Positions 50,657 to 60,374 of a stretch of DNA of 64,000 bases are shown in pieces. Position 1 is the first letter of the stretch. Each line of letters begins with the position of its first letter. The stretch comes from an uncultured Alphaproteobacteria bacterium (GTDB lineage Bacteria; Pseudomonadota; Alphaproteobacteria; Bin95), in the NCBI GenBank assembly GCA_963974445.1, contig CAXBDI010000003.1, positions 6,076-70,075 of the forward strand, in the 5' to 3' direction. Position numbers and translations under genes: made by a program. The notes under the pieces were generated by a model. It had not been told where the DNA came from, did not search any database, and saw only the letters and a program-made list of their open reading frames with translations.

Positions 50657-52729
50657 TCACGCTAAATTGAGCGCCTTCAACACAAAGGCATATTGCAGCG
50701 CATCCTCCTTTAGGCTGTCGAAGCGGCCGGAGGCGCCGCCGTGGCCGGCGGTCATCTCGGTCTTCAGCAGCAGCATGTTCTGGTCGGTCTTGGTGGCGCG
50801 CAGCTTGGCCACCCACTTCGCCGGCTCCCAGTATGTCACCCGCGGGTCGCTGAGGCCACCGATGGCCAGGATTGGCGGATAATCCTGCGCGGTGATGTTG
50901 TCGTAGGGGCTATAGCCCTGCATCCGCTCGAAGACGACCGGGTCTTTGATCGGGTTGCCCCATTCCGGCCATTCCGCAGGGGTCAACGGCAAGGTCGGGT
51001 CGCAGATGGTGTTGAGCACGTCAACGAACGGCACGTTGGCGACGATGGCCGCGAACTTCTGCGGCGCCCAGTTGGCGACCACACCCATCAGCATGCCGCC
51101 GGCGCTGCCGCCCTCGGCTGCGACTGCATCGGCCTGGGCGATTCCTTCCGTCACCAGATGATCGCGTACACAGATGAAGTCGCGGAAGGTGTTTTCCTTC
51201 TTTTCGCGCGTGCCTTCCGTGTACCAGCGATAGCCTTTGTCCATGCCGCCGCGCACGTGCGCCTGCGCCCAGACGAAGCCGCGGTCGACCAGGCTGAGCC
51301 GCACAACGCCGAAACTCGCCGGCAGGCTGATGCCATAGGAGCCATAGCCGTAGAGCAGCGTCGGCGCCGGCAGCTTCGCGTCGGCGCGGTGCACCAGGGT
51401 GATCGGCACCTCCTCGCCATCGCCGGTTTTCGCCAAAAGGCGGCGGGTGACGTAGTCGGCGGGATCGTGGCCGCTCGGCACCTCCTGGCGTTTGCGCAGA
51501 ATGCGCTCGCGGGTGGTCAGGTCGTAATCATAGGTCTCCTGCGGCGTCGTCATCGAGGAATAGACGAAGCGTAGGGTCGTGGTCTCGAACTCCAGCCCAC
51601 CGCCGAGGCCGAGCGAATAGGCCTCCTCTTCGAAGCCGATGGAGTGCTCCTCACCGCCGGCGCTCGCGCGCACGATCAGGCGGGGCAGGCCGCCCACCCG
51701 CTCCAGCCGGGTGAGGTGCTGATGGGTGAGGTGAAAGCCCAGGATCAAGCGCCCGCTCTGGTGCGGCACCAGATCCCGCCAGTTGTCGCGACCGGGGTTC
51801 TCGACCGGCGCGGTCACCAGCTTGTAGTCTTCCGCCGCATCGGCGTTGGTACGGATAACGAAGCGCTCGCCGTCATGGTCCAGGTCGTACTCGACGCTCT
51901 CGGCCCGGGCGGCGATCAGCCGAGGCTCGGCGGTGGGATCGCCGGAGGGGATCACATGCCATTCGCTGGTCTGGTGGTCGTGGGTGGTGATGGCGATGAA
52001 GGCGCGCGACGCGGTACGGCCGACGCCGACGAAATAGCCGGGGTCTTTTTCCTCATAGACGCAGACGTCCTTGGCCTGGTCCGTACCGAGTTCGTGCCGC
52101 CAGACGCTGTAGGGCCGCCAGTTGGCGTCGCGTTTGGTGTAGAACAGGTGCTGGCCGTCGCCGGCCCAGGTCATTGAAGGCGTCGCCTCGTGCAGCTCGT
52201 CGGCGAGTTCATCGCCGGAGGCCAGATCGCGCACCCGGATGGTGTATTGCTCAGAGCCGCTGGTATCCGCGGCCCAGGCGAGCAGCGCGTGGTCGTCGGT
52301 GTGCTGCATACTGGCGATGCGGAAATAGGCTTTGCCCTCTGCCTCGGCATCGCCGTCGAGCATGACCTCGGGCCGGTCCGGCGCATCGACAGGTGAGCGG
52401 CAGAATTGCGGGTGCTGTGCGCCGGGCTGAAACCGGCTGAAATACGCCCACTCGCCGTCCGGCAGAGGCACGGAGGCGTCGTCCTCCTTCAGGCGGCCTT
52501 TCATCTCGGCGAAGAGCTTGGCTTGCAGGGCCTCGGTGTCGGCCATGACGGCCTCGGTGTAGGCGTTCTCCGCCTCCAGATAGGCGCGAATTTCGGGATC
52601 GAGGACACTGGGGTCGGCCATCACCTCCTGCCAGTTCTCGGCCCGCAGCCAGGCATAGGGGTCGGCGATACGCTGGCCATGATGCTCCATGTGAGCATCG
52701 CAGGTGCGGGCGACGGGTGGTGTTGGCAT
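50657..52729 (-). CDS. ptrB: S9-family oligopeptidase B
   Basis: 690 aa with a beta-propeller N-terminal domain and C-terminal GGSAGG catalytic serine motif. Confidence 0.85.
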   Translation of the reverse strand: MPTPPVARTCDAHMEHHGQRIADPYAWLRAENWQEVMADPSVLDPEIRAYLEAENAYTEAVMADTEALQAKLFAEMKGRLKEDDASVPLPDGEWAYFSRFQPGAQHPQFCRSPVDAPDRPEVMLDGDAEAEGKAYFRIASMQHTDDHALLAWAADTSGSEQYTIRVRDLASGDELADELHEATPSMTWAGDGQHLFYTKRDANWRPYSVWRHELGTDQAKDVCVYEEKDPGYFVGVGRTASRAFIAITTHDHQTSEWHVIPSGDPTAEPRLIAARAESVEYDLDHDGERFVIRTNADAAEDYKLVTAPVENPGRDNWRDLVPHQSGRLILGFHLTHQHLTRLERVGGLPRLIVRASAGGEEHSIGFEEEAYSLGLGGGLEFETTTLRFVYSSMTTPQETYDYDLTTRERILRKRQEVPSGHDPADYVTRRLLAKTGDGEEVPITLVHRADAKLPAPTLLYGYGSYGISLPASFGVVRLSLVDRGFVWAQAHVRGGMDKGYRWYTEGTREKKENTFRDFICVRDHLVTEGIAQADAVAAEGGSAGGMLMGVVANWAPQKFAAIVANVPFVDVLNTICDPTLPLTPAEWPEWGNPIKDPVVFERMQGYSPYDNITAQDYPPILAIGGLSDPRVTYWEPAKWVAKLRATKTDQNMLLLKTEMTAGHGGASGRFDSLKEDALQYAFVLKALNLA

Positions 52730-52813
52730 GCGGAACGGGTCCTTAGAGAGCGGGCGGCGGAGGCTCGTTTTAGCTCAGCTTGGGCGAGGAGTGGGCCAAA
52801 TCAACCACAATCG

Positions 52814-52920
52814 CCCCCCCGCTTGACGCGGGGTCCATGCCTGAGAGCCAACCGCAGAGTTCGCTCCTTGTGTTGACTGCTCAGGCATGGACCCCGGATC
52901 AAGTCCGGGGCGGAGGGAAG
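52814..52920. repeat. Bipartite palindromic intergenic repeat, copy E (best-preserved)
   Basis: cccgcttgacgcggggtccatgcctgagagcc ...loop... gctcaggcatggaccccggatcaagtccggggcgg. Near-perfect inverted arms. Confidence 0.7.
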
Positions 52921-52957
52921 TGGGACGTTTTCCGGTTTCCAACAGCCGCCAGCGACC

Positions 52958-53932
52958 TCACCCAGACGCCGCCGCAATCCCGCCGCCGGCGCGGTCGTGG
53001 TGGGCGTGCATGTCCTGGTCCGGTGGGCGCTGCGGCCAGTCGGGCATCATCAACCAGAGGCGGAGCATGTGGCGCTTCTCCGCAAGCGCCTGCGCATCCT
53101 CGTAGTCGGCGCGGCCGTGGAAGATCAGGCGGTTGTTGAGGAATTGAATTTCGCCGGGCTGCAAGTCCATCTCGAAGCACAACTCCGGCCGCTGTGCGAC
53201 GGTATTGACCAGGGCTAGGGCGTCCTTTTCCTGAGCAGTCAGAGTCACGCCCTCGCTTTCGGTATTGCGCACGGCGATGGGCAGGTAGAACGAGGCGGGC
53301 CGGCCCTCGATCTGGCCAAATACCGGCACCCGGTGCGGTGTGACCGGCGGCGCGCCGGCCTGCCGGTCCTCGCGGCGGCTGGTGTAGTGGAAGCCGCGCT
53401 CCAACAGCGGGATCATGTCCGGATAGTCGGCGGCGATGGCGTCTCGAACCGACGTCGAGGCGGTGATACGGCTGCCACCGCCGGCCACCGCTCGCTTCAC
53501 ACACAGCAGACCGACCACATCCACCGGGTCCATATGCATTTCCAGCGCGCCGCCGACGGTGTAGTAGCGGCCACCCTCGCCGATATCGCGGACATGGCCG
53601 AGCCGGTCGCCTTTGTAACTTTGCGAGACGCCAATGCCGATCTGCGCGCCCAGCACCCAGTAGGCGCGGGCGATATCCTCCTCGCTCCAGCGCTGCACCG
53701 GCAGCCGGCGGATCAGGGCTAAGCCGCGGCCCTGTTCCAGTTGCGCCTTGATTTGGGCGGCCATCGGCGCGAAGGCCGGCAGTACGCAGTCGACAGGCGT
53801 CAGGTCTTCCAGCGGTTTCGCGCGCAGAGCCGGCAACGTCGCCTCCAACTCCGCCAATACCGCGGGCGGCAGGTCGTATATCCAACCGGTGTCGGCTTCC
53901 AGATCGGCGGCGGTCCAGGCGTAGGCGGTCAT
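52958..53932 (-). CDS. TauD/TfdA-family Fe(II)/2-oxoglutarate-dependent dioxygenase
   Basis: 324 aa, TauD-like pattern (HMD..., RLIFHGRADY). Confidence 0.75.
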   Translation of the reverse strand: MTAYAWTAADLEADTGWIYDLPPAVLAELEATLPALRAKPLEDLTPVDCVLPAFAPMAAQIKAQLEQGRGLALIRRLPVQRWSEEDIARAYWVLGAQIGIGVSQSYKGDRLGHVRDIGEGGRYYTVGGALEMHMDPVDVVGLLCVKRAVAGGGSRITASTSVRDAIAADYPDMIPLLERGFHYTSRREDRQAGAPPVTPHRVPVFGQIEGRPASFYLPIAVRNTESEGVTLTAQEKDALALVNTVAQRPELCFEMDLQPGEIQFLNNRLIFHGRADYEDAQALAEKRHMLRLWLMMPDWPQRPPDQDMHAHHDRAGGGIAAASG

Positions 53933-54114
53933 GACAAGCTTTCAGCGTCGATTGAGTGTCGCACCATTGCGACCGATCCAGACCGCCTGGTCAAGGGTTT
54001 GCCTGCGCGGCGAGACCCTGCGGCAGCCCTGAACTTGTGAGATCGGGGCTGTCTCCGCTATGCTAGAAGCAGCTGGCTGTCTGTAGCGCGGCCCAAAGCT
54101 TCAAGGACGAACCG

Positions 54115-55059
54115 TTGCACCATTTCCGTGGCCTAGAGCCTCTGCCGCAAGACCTGCGCGGCGCCGCCGTGGCGCTCGGCAATTTCGACGGTGTGCATTT
54201 CGGCCACCGGGCGATTTTGGCGGCGGCGCGGGCGGCTGGCGGGCGGTTGGGCGTGGTGACGTTCGAGCCGCATCCACGCAGTGTGTTGCGCCCGCCGGCC
54301 AGGCCGTTCCGCCTGACCTCAGCCACCAGCAAGGCGCAGGCGCTGGCCGATGTCGGCGTCGAACTGCTGGTGGAAGTGCCATTCACCCTGGAATTCGCCA
54401 AACTCCCGCCGGAGGACTTTGTGCGCAAGGTGTTGGTCGATACGGTCGGCGCGGGGCATGTGGTCGTCGGCTTCGATTTCCGCTTCGGCGCAAAACGCGC
54501 CGGCACCGCCGCAACCATGCGCGCGTTGGGCGAGCGATACGGCTTTGGCGTGACGGTGGTCGAGGAAGTGCAGGCAAAGGATGGCGCGTCGTTCTCGTCC
54601 ACCGCCATCCGCGAGCATCTGCGCGAAGGCCATCCGCTGGAGGCCGCCCGCATGCTGGGCCATTGGTGGGAGATCGACGGCATCGTCGCCGCCGGTCAGC
54701 AGCGTGGCCGCACCATTGGCTTTCCGACGGCCAATCTTTCCCTCGGCGATCTGTTGGAGCCAGCGCTCGGCGTCTATGCCGTGCGCTGCTCGATTGGCGA
54801 GGGCGAGAACCTGCGCTGGTACGATGCCATCGCCAACCTTGGCCGCCGCCCGACGGTGGATGGCGAGACCTTGCTGTTGGAAACGCACGTGTTTGACTTT
54901 GAGGGCAATCTCTACGACAAGCCGATGCGCGTGCAACTGCTGGCCTTCATCCGGCCGGAGCGCAAGTTCGACAGTTTCGAGATGCTGCGCGACCAGATCG
55001 CCAAGGATTGCGACACCGCGCGGGCGATGTTGCCGGAAATACCGGCCGACCCGCTTTAG
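54115..55059 (+). CDS. ribF: Bifunctional riboflavin kinase / FAD synthetase
   Basis: GNFDGVHFGH nucleotidyltransferase motif, C-terminal riboflavin kinase domain (GFPTANL). Confidence 0.9.
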   Translation: MHHFRGLEPLPQDLRGAAVALGNFDGVHFGHRAILAAARAAGGRLGVVTFEPHPRSVLRPPARPFRLTSATSKAQALADVGVELLVEVPFTLEFAKLPPEDFVRKVLVDTVGAGHVVVGFDFRFGAKRAGTAATMRALGERYGFGVTVVEEVQAKDGASFSSTAIREHLREGHPLEAARMLGHWWEIDGIVAAGQQRGRTIGFPTANLSLGDLLEPALGVYAVRCSIGEGENLRWYDAIANLGRRPTVDGETLLLETHVFDFEGNLYDKPMRVQLLAFIRPERKFDSFEMLRDQIAKDCDTARAMLPEIPADPL

Positions 55060-55103
55060 CACCCTATATATTGAGCCGACCCAAGTTAGAGAGTCCCCGA
55101 CCT

Positions 55104-57974
55104 ATGGACTATAAAAGCACGGTATTCCTGCCGAAAACCGAATTTCCCATGCGCGCCGGCCTGCCGAAGCGCGAGCCGCTGCTGCTGGAGCGCTGGAACG
55201 CCATGCACCTGTTCAACCGCCTGCGCGAGATCAGCGCCGGCAAGGAACAGTTCGTCCTGCACGACGGCCCGCCCTACGCCAACGGCCATCTGCACATCGG
55301 CACCGGCCTGAACAAGATCCTGAAGGACATCATCAACCGCTCGCAGCAGATGCTGGGCAAGGATGCGCACTACATCCCCGGTTGGGATTGCCACGGCCTG
55401 CCGATCGAGTGGAAGGTCGAGGAGGAATACCGCGCCAAGGGGTTGAACAAGGACGATGTCGACCGCGTCGAATTCCGCCGGCAGTGCCGCGCCTTCGCCG
55501 ACGAGTGGATCGACACGCAGCGGGCCGAGTTCAAGCGGCTGGGCGTGATCGGCGACTGGGAGAATTACTACACCACCATGTCGTTCGAGGCGGAGGCGAC
55601 CATCGCCGAGGAAATCGCCAAGTTCGCGATGAATGGCGGCCTCTACCGCGGCGCCAAGCCGGTGTTGTGGAGCGTGCCAGAGCGCACGGCGCTGGCCGAT
55701 GCCGAGGTGGAGTATCAGGAGCACACCAGCCACACCGTGCACGTGCCCTTCCCGGTCGTGACGCCGGGGCCGAAGAGTGGCCTGGAGGCCGGCGTGCCCA
55801 TCGTCATCTGGACGACGACGCCCTGGACCCTCCCCTCGAACCGCGCCATCGCCTATGCCGAGGACGCCACCTACGCCGTGGTCAAGTGCCTGGCCGGGAC
55901 CGACAAGCTGCGCATTCCCGTCGGCCAACGCTTCGTCGTGGCCCCTGCCCTGCTGGAGAGCACGGCCAAAGCCGCGCGCATGACCGAGTGGGAGGTCGAG
56001 CGCGAGTTCAAAGGCGCGGACCTCGCCGGCACGATCTGCGCGCATCCGTTGCGCGGCCATGCCGACGCCGGCGGCTTCTATGATTATGACGTGCCGATGC
56101 ACGCCGCTGGCTTCGTCACCATGGATACCGGCTCCGGCTTTGTGCATATCGCACCCAGCCATGGCGCGGACGACTATGAGTTGGGCATGGAAGTCGGCCT
56201 GCCGATCACCGACAATGTCGGCCCGGACGGCGCCTTCCGCGCGCATGTGGCGCTGTTCGCGGGTGAGCGGGTGCTGGATGACGAGGGCAAGGAAGGCAAC
56301 GCCAACCGCGCCATCTGCGAGATGCTGGCCGGCATCGGCATGTTGTATTCGTGGGGCCGGCTGAAGCACTCCTTCCCGCACTCCTGGCGCTCGAAAGCGC
56401 CGCTGATCTTCCGCAACACGCCGCAATGGTTCATCTCCATGGAGACCAACGGCCTGCGCAAGACGGCGCTGAAGGCCATCGACGACACGCGCTTCGTGCC
56501 AAAGGCCGGCCAGCGCCGCCTGCGCAGCATGATCGAGGAGCGGCCGGATTGGTGTGTCTCGCGCCAGCGCGCCTGGGGCGTGCCGATCCCGCTGTTCGTC
56601 AGCAAGGATTCCGGCGAGATCTTGCGCGATCAGGCGGTGTTCGACCGGGTCGCCGATGCGATCCGCGCCGAGGGCAGCGACGCCTGGTACACCAGCCCGC
56701 CGGAGCGCTTCCTGGGGCCTGGCTACGACGCGGCGGATTATGAGCAGGTGCAGGACATCGTCGAGGTCTGGTTCGATTCCGGCTGCACCCACGTGTTCAC
56801 GCTGGAGAAAAACCCGAAGATGAAATGGCCGGCGGACCTCTATCTGGAGGGTTCCGACCAGCATCGCGGCTGGTTCCATTCCTCGCTGCTGGAAAGCTGC
56901 GGCACAAGAGGCCGTGCGCCCTACGACGCGGTCCTCACCCACGGCTTCGTGCTGGATGAGGAAGGGCGGAAGATGTCGAAATCGCTCGGCAACGTCACCG
57001 CGCCGCAGGAAGTGATCGACCAATGGGGCGCCGATATCCTGCGCATCTGGGTCTGCTCCGCCGATTATTCCGAGGACCTGCGCATCGGCAAGGAAATCCT
57101 GAAGCATCAGGCCGACCACTACCGCCGCGTGCGCAACACCCTGCGCTTTCTGCTGGGCTCGCTGGCGGATTACTCCGAAAGCGAGCGCGTCGCGGTGGCC
57201 GACATGCCGGAGCTGGAGCGGCTGATGCTGCACCGGCTGGTGGAGATGGATACGCTGGTGCGCCGATGCATCGACGACTTCGACTTTCACACGCTGTGGG
57301 TCGAACTGCATAACTTCTGCGCCAATGACCTGAGCGCCTTCTACTTCGATATCCGGAAAGACGCGCTCTACTGCGATCACCCGAGTTCTTTGCGCCGCCG
57401 CGCCTGCCGCACGGTATTGAACGATCTGTTCGATGCGCTGGTGACGTGGCTGGCGCCGATCGCCAGCTTTACCGCCGACGAGGCGTATCTGACCCGCCGC
57501 TTCGGCTCCATCGAGGCGGCGCCGGCGGGCGAGAGCGTGCATCTGGAAACCTATCCGGAGGTGCCGGCCGACTGGCGCGACGACGCTCTCGCCAGCCGCT
57601 GGCGTCAGGTGCGCGGCGTCCGCCGGGTCATCCTGGGCGCACTGGAGCGGGAGCGAGCGGAGAAGCGGATGCGCGGCTCGCTGGAGGCTGCCCCCACGGT
57701 CTACGTTACGGCGGAGCAGGCGGAGGCATTGGACGGCCTCGACCTGGCGGAAATCGCCATCGTTTCCGGCGTCGATCTCAAAGTCGAGCCGCCGCCGCCG
57801 GAGGCGTTTACCTTACCGGAGGTCAAAGGCTGCGGCGTGCTGCCGATCAAGACCGATGCGGCCCGTTGCGAGCGCTGCTGGCAGCACCTGCCCGATGTCG
57901 GCGGCGACCCGGAACATCCTGACGCCTGCGCCCGGTGTGCCGACGCCGTGCGTCAAGTGGCGGAGGCAGCTTGA
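55104..57974 (+). CDS. ileS: Isoleucine--tRNA ligase
   Basis: HIGT (HIGH-type) and KMSKS motifs. C-terminal Zn-finger cysteines. 956 aa from ATG 55104. Confidence 0.92.
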   Translation: MDYKSTVFLPKTEFPMRAGLPKREPLLLERWNAMHLFNRLREISAGKEQFVLHDGPPYANGHLHIGTGLNKILKDIINRSQQMLGKDAHYIPGWDCHGLPIEWKVEEEYRAKGLNKDDVDRVEFRRQCRAFADEWIDTQRAEFKRLGVIGDWENYYTTMSFEAEATIAEEIAKFAMNGGLYRGAKPVLWSVPERTALADAEVEYQEHTSHTVHVPFPVVTPGPKSGLEAGVPIVIWTTTPWTLPSNRAIAYAEDATYAVVKCLAGTDKLRIPVGQRFVVAPALLESTAKAARMTEWEVEREFKGADLAGTICAHPLRGHADAGGFYDYDVPMHAAGFVTMDTGSGFVHIAPSHGADDYELGMEVGLPITDNVGPDGAFRAHVALFAGERVLDDEGKEGNANRAICEMLAGIGMLYSWGRLKHSFPHSWRSKAPLIFRNTPQWFISMETNGLRKTALKAIDDTRFVPKAGQRRLRSMIEERPDWCVSRQRAWGVPIPLFVSKDSGEILRDQAVFDRVADAIRAEGSDAWYTSPPERFLGPGYDAADYEQVQDIVEVWFDSGCTHVFTLEKNPKMKWPADLYLEGSDQHRGWFHSSLLESCGTRGRAPYDAVLTHGFVLDEEGRKMSKSLGNVTAPQEVIDQWGADILRIWVCSADYSEDLRIGKEILKHQADHYRRVRNTLRFLLGSLADYSESERVAVADMPELERLMLHRLVEMDTLVRRCIDDFDFHTLWVELHNFCANDLSAFYFDIRKDALYCDHPSSLRRRACRTVLNDLFDALVTWLAPIASFTADEAYLTRRFGSIEAAPAGESVHLETYPEVPADWRDDALASRWRQVRGVRRVILGALERERAEKRMRGSLEAAPTVYVTAEQAEALDGLDLAEIAIVSGVDLKVEPPPPEAFTLPEVKGCGVLPIKTDAARCERCWQHLPDVGGDPEHPDACARCADAVRQVAEAA

Positions 57975-58465
57975 GCGCCGTGCGCCGTCGCCTCGTCGGT
58001 TTCGCGCTGGCGGCGTTGATCCTGGTCCTGGATCAGGTAACGAAGCAATGGGCGCTCGACGCCCTCACCAATCCGTACACCCGAATCACAGTGACGGATT
58101 GGTGGGAGATGGTGCTGGTCTGGAACCGCGGTGTCAGCTTTGGCCTGTTCGGCGGGGGCGGGGTGCCGCCGCTCGCGTTGGCGGCTGTGACCGGTGCGAT
58201 TGCGGTGGTGGTCGCGGTTTGGCTGTTGCGGTCAATCACTTGGATGACGACAATCGCTGCGGGCCTTATTTTGGGCGGCGCCATCGGTAACATTATCGAC
58301 CGGCTGGTCCACGGCGCGGTCGTGGACTTCGTCCGCTGGCACGCCTATGGCTACAGTTGGCCGGTCCTTAACATCGCCGATTCGGCGATTTCGGTCGGCG
58401 TCGGATTGTTGATTGTCGAAAGCTTGTTTGGTGGCAAGCCCACCCCCAAATCGGCGAAAGAGTAG
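57971..58465 (+). CDS. lspA: Lipoprotein signal peptidase II
   Basis: LspA pattern (LDQVTK, NRGVSFG, GAIGNIIDR). Start uncertain: TTG 57971 overlaps the ileS stop (TTGA), or alternatively GTG 57980 or ATG 57935. Confidence 0.8.
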   Translation: MSAVRRRLVGFALAALILVLDQVTKQWALDALTNPYTRITVTDWWEMVLVWNRGVSFGLFGGGGVPPLALAAVTGAIAVVVAVWLLRSITWMTTIAAGLILGGAIGNIIDRLVHGAVVDFVRWHAYGYSWPVLNIADSAISVGVGLLIVESLFGGKPTPKSAKE

Positions 58466-58471
58466 GAAGGG

Positions 58472-59032
58472 ATGCGTTCGAACGTGCGATATGCAGTGCT
58501 TTTGTATGCGGGCCTCGCGGTCTCGCTTTCGGCGTGTGAGCAGATACGCGAGACCGCCGGGATCCAGAAAAAGGCGCCGGACGAATTCGCCGTCGTCCGC
58601 AACGCGCCGCTGAGCGTTCCGCCCAGCTATGATCTGCGGCCGCCGCGGCCCGGGGCTCGTGCCGTGCCGCAAATCGATCCGCGGCGCGAGGCGCAGCAGG
58701 CGACATTTGGCCAAGCAGCAGCGCCTGCCAACACCCGCCCAATGGCCGAAAGCGCGGGGGAGGAGGCGCTGTTGCGCTCGCTCGGCGTCGATGGCGCAGA
58801 ACCGGGTATTCGCCAGAAGGTCGATGAGGAAAGCGCCATTCTGGCCTCCGATGACCGTAACTTTGTCGAGCGTCTGATGTTCTGGCGCGAGGACCCGCCG
58901 CCAGGAACGCTGGTGGATGCGACCGGCGAACAACGGCGCATTCAGGAAAATGCAGCCCTCGGCCGCCCGCCGGAGACTGGAACCACGCCAACCATTGAGC
59001 GGAAATCGAATGCCGGTGTCTCGCTGTTCTAA
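58472..59032 (+). CDS. DUF3035 lipoprotein
   Basis: Lipobox LSAC. Conserved position just after lspA in alphaproteobacteria. Confidence 0.65.
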   Translation: MRSNVRYAVLLYAGLAVSLSACEQIRETAGIQKKAPDEFAVVRNAPLSVPPSYDLRPPRPGARAVPQIDPRREAQQATFGQAAAPANTRPMAESAGEEALLRSLGVDGAEPGIRQKVDEESAILASDDRNFVERLMFWREDPPPGTLVDATGEQRRIQENAALGRPPETGTTPTIERKSNAGVSLF

Positions 59033-60374
59033 ACTGTTTCTGGCTGCCGGGTTTTGGCTGGTTCAGAGCCTGGCTCTGGTTCTGAGCCCGTCCGCTTATG
59101 CCAAAGTCTTCGATCCGACCACGTTCACGCTCGACAACGGCTTGCAGGTGGTGGTGATCGAGAACCATCGCGTTCCGGCTGTGGCGCAGATGCTGTGGTA
59201 CAAGGTGGGCGCCGCCGATGAGACGCCTGGCTATTCCGGCATCGCCCATTTTTTCGAACATTTGATGTTCAAGGGTACGGAGAAAACACCGCCCGGCGCA
59301 TTCAGCGCCTTGGTTCGGCGCAATGGCGGCAACGAGAATGCCTTCACCAGTTGGGACCAGACCGGCTATTTCCAAGTCGTGCCACGGGCGCAGTTGTCGG
59401 CGGTGATGGCGATGGAGGCCGACCGCATGACCGGCCTTACCCTTACCGCTGAAGATATCGAGACCGAGCGCAAGGTGGTGCTGGAGGAGTGGCGCGAGCG
59501 CGTCTCGCAAAGCCCCGGCGCCCAACTGGGCCAGTCGATAGCATCCGCTCTCTATCTGAACAGCCCGTATGGCCGGCCGATCATCGGCTGGAAACACGAG
59601 ATCGAGGCGCTGGAGTACGACACCATCCGCGCGTTCTACCGCCAGCACTATGGGCCGGAAAACGCGGTGCTGGTGATCGCCGGCGACGTCGATCCTGACG
59701 AGGTGCGCCGTCTGGCGGAGCAGCACTACGGCCCGATTCCGCGCGGCGGTATTCATCCGCGGGTCCGCCCGCAGGAGCCGCCGCCGGTGGCGGCGCGCCG
59801 GGTGATCGTGCGCGACGGGCGGGTGACCGACCCATCCTGGCGGCGGGCCTACCTGGCGCCGTCCTATTACAGCAAAGGCCGTGAACACGCCTACGCCCTG
59901 GAAGTGCTGGCGGAAATCCTGGGCGATGGCTCGGTCGGTCGCCTGGCCAAGGGCATGGTGCGCGGCGCGGAATTGGCGACCGCCGCCGGCGCCTGGTACG
60001 AGCCGGATCGCGTCGATGACAGTGCGCTGACCATCTACGCCGTGCCTGCGGCGGGCGTCGATCTCGCGGCGATCGAAGCGGCCGTGGATGCGGAAATCGC
60101 GGCGTTGCTGCGCGACGGCGTGACCGAGGAAGAGGTGGCGACCACCGTCCGCCGCATGCAGGCCGCCGCTGTTTACGCCCGCGACTCGCTGCAAGCCGGC
60201 GCGCGCGTCCTGGGTGAGACCTTGGCGAATGGCGGCACGGTCGAAGATGTGGAGTTGTGGCCGGAACGGCTGGCGGCGGTGACGCCGGCTGCCGTGTTGC
60301 AGGCCGCGCGCCTCGTGTTCCAGCCGGAACGCTCGGTCACCGGAGAATTGTTGCCGTTGGAGCCTGCATCGTGA
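59010..60374 (+). CDS. M16-family zinc peptidase (pitrilysin-like), active subunit
   Basis: Signal peptide. Inverted zinc motif HFFEH. 454 aa. Confidence 0.8.
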   Translation: MPVSRCSKLFLAAGFWLVQSLALVLSPSAYAKVFDPTTFTLDNGLQVVVIENHRVPAVAQMLWYKVGAADETPGYSGIAHFFEHLMFKGTEKTPPGAFSALVRRNGGNENAFTSWDQTGYFQVVPRAQLSAVMAMEADRMTGLTLTAEDIETERKVVLEEWRERVSQSPGAQLGQSIASALYLNSPYGRPIIGWKHEIEALEYDTIRAFYRQHYGPENAVLVIAGDVDPDEVRRLAEQHYGPIPRGGIHPRVRPQEPPPVAARRVIVRDGRVTDPSWRRAYLAPSYYSKGREHAYALEVLAEILGDGSVGRLAKGMVRGAELATAAGAWYEPDRVDDSALTIYAVPAAGVDLAAIEAAVDAEIAALLRDGVTEEEVATTVRRMQAAAVYARDSLQAGARVLGETLANGGTVEDVELWPERLAAVTPAAVLQAARLVFQPERSVTGELLPLEPAS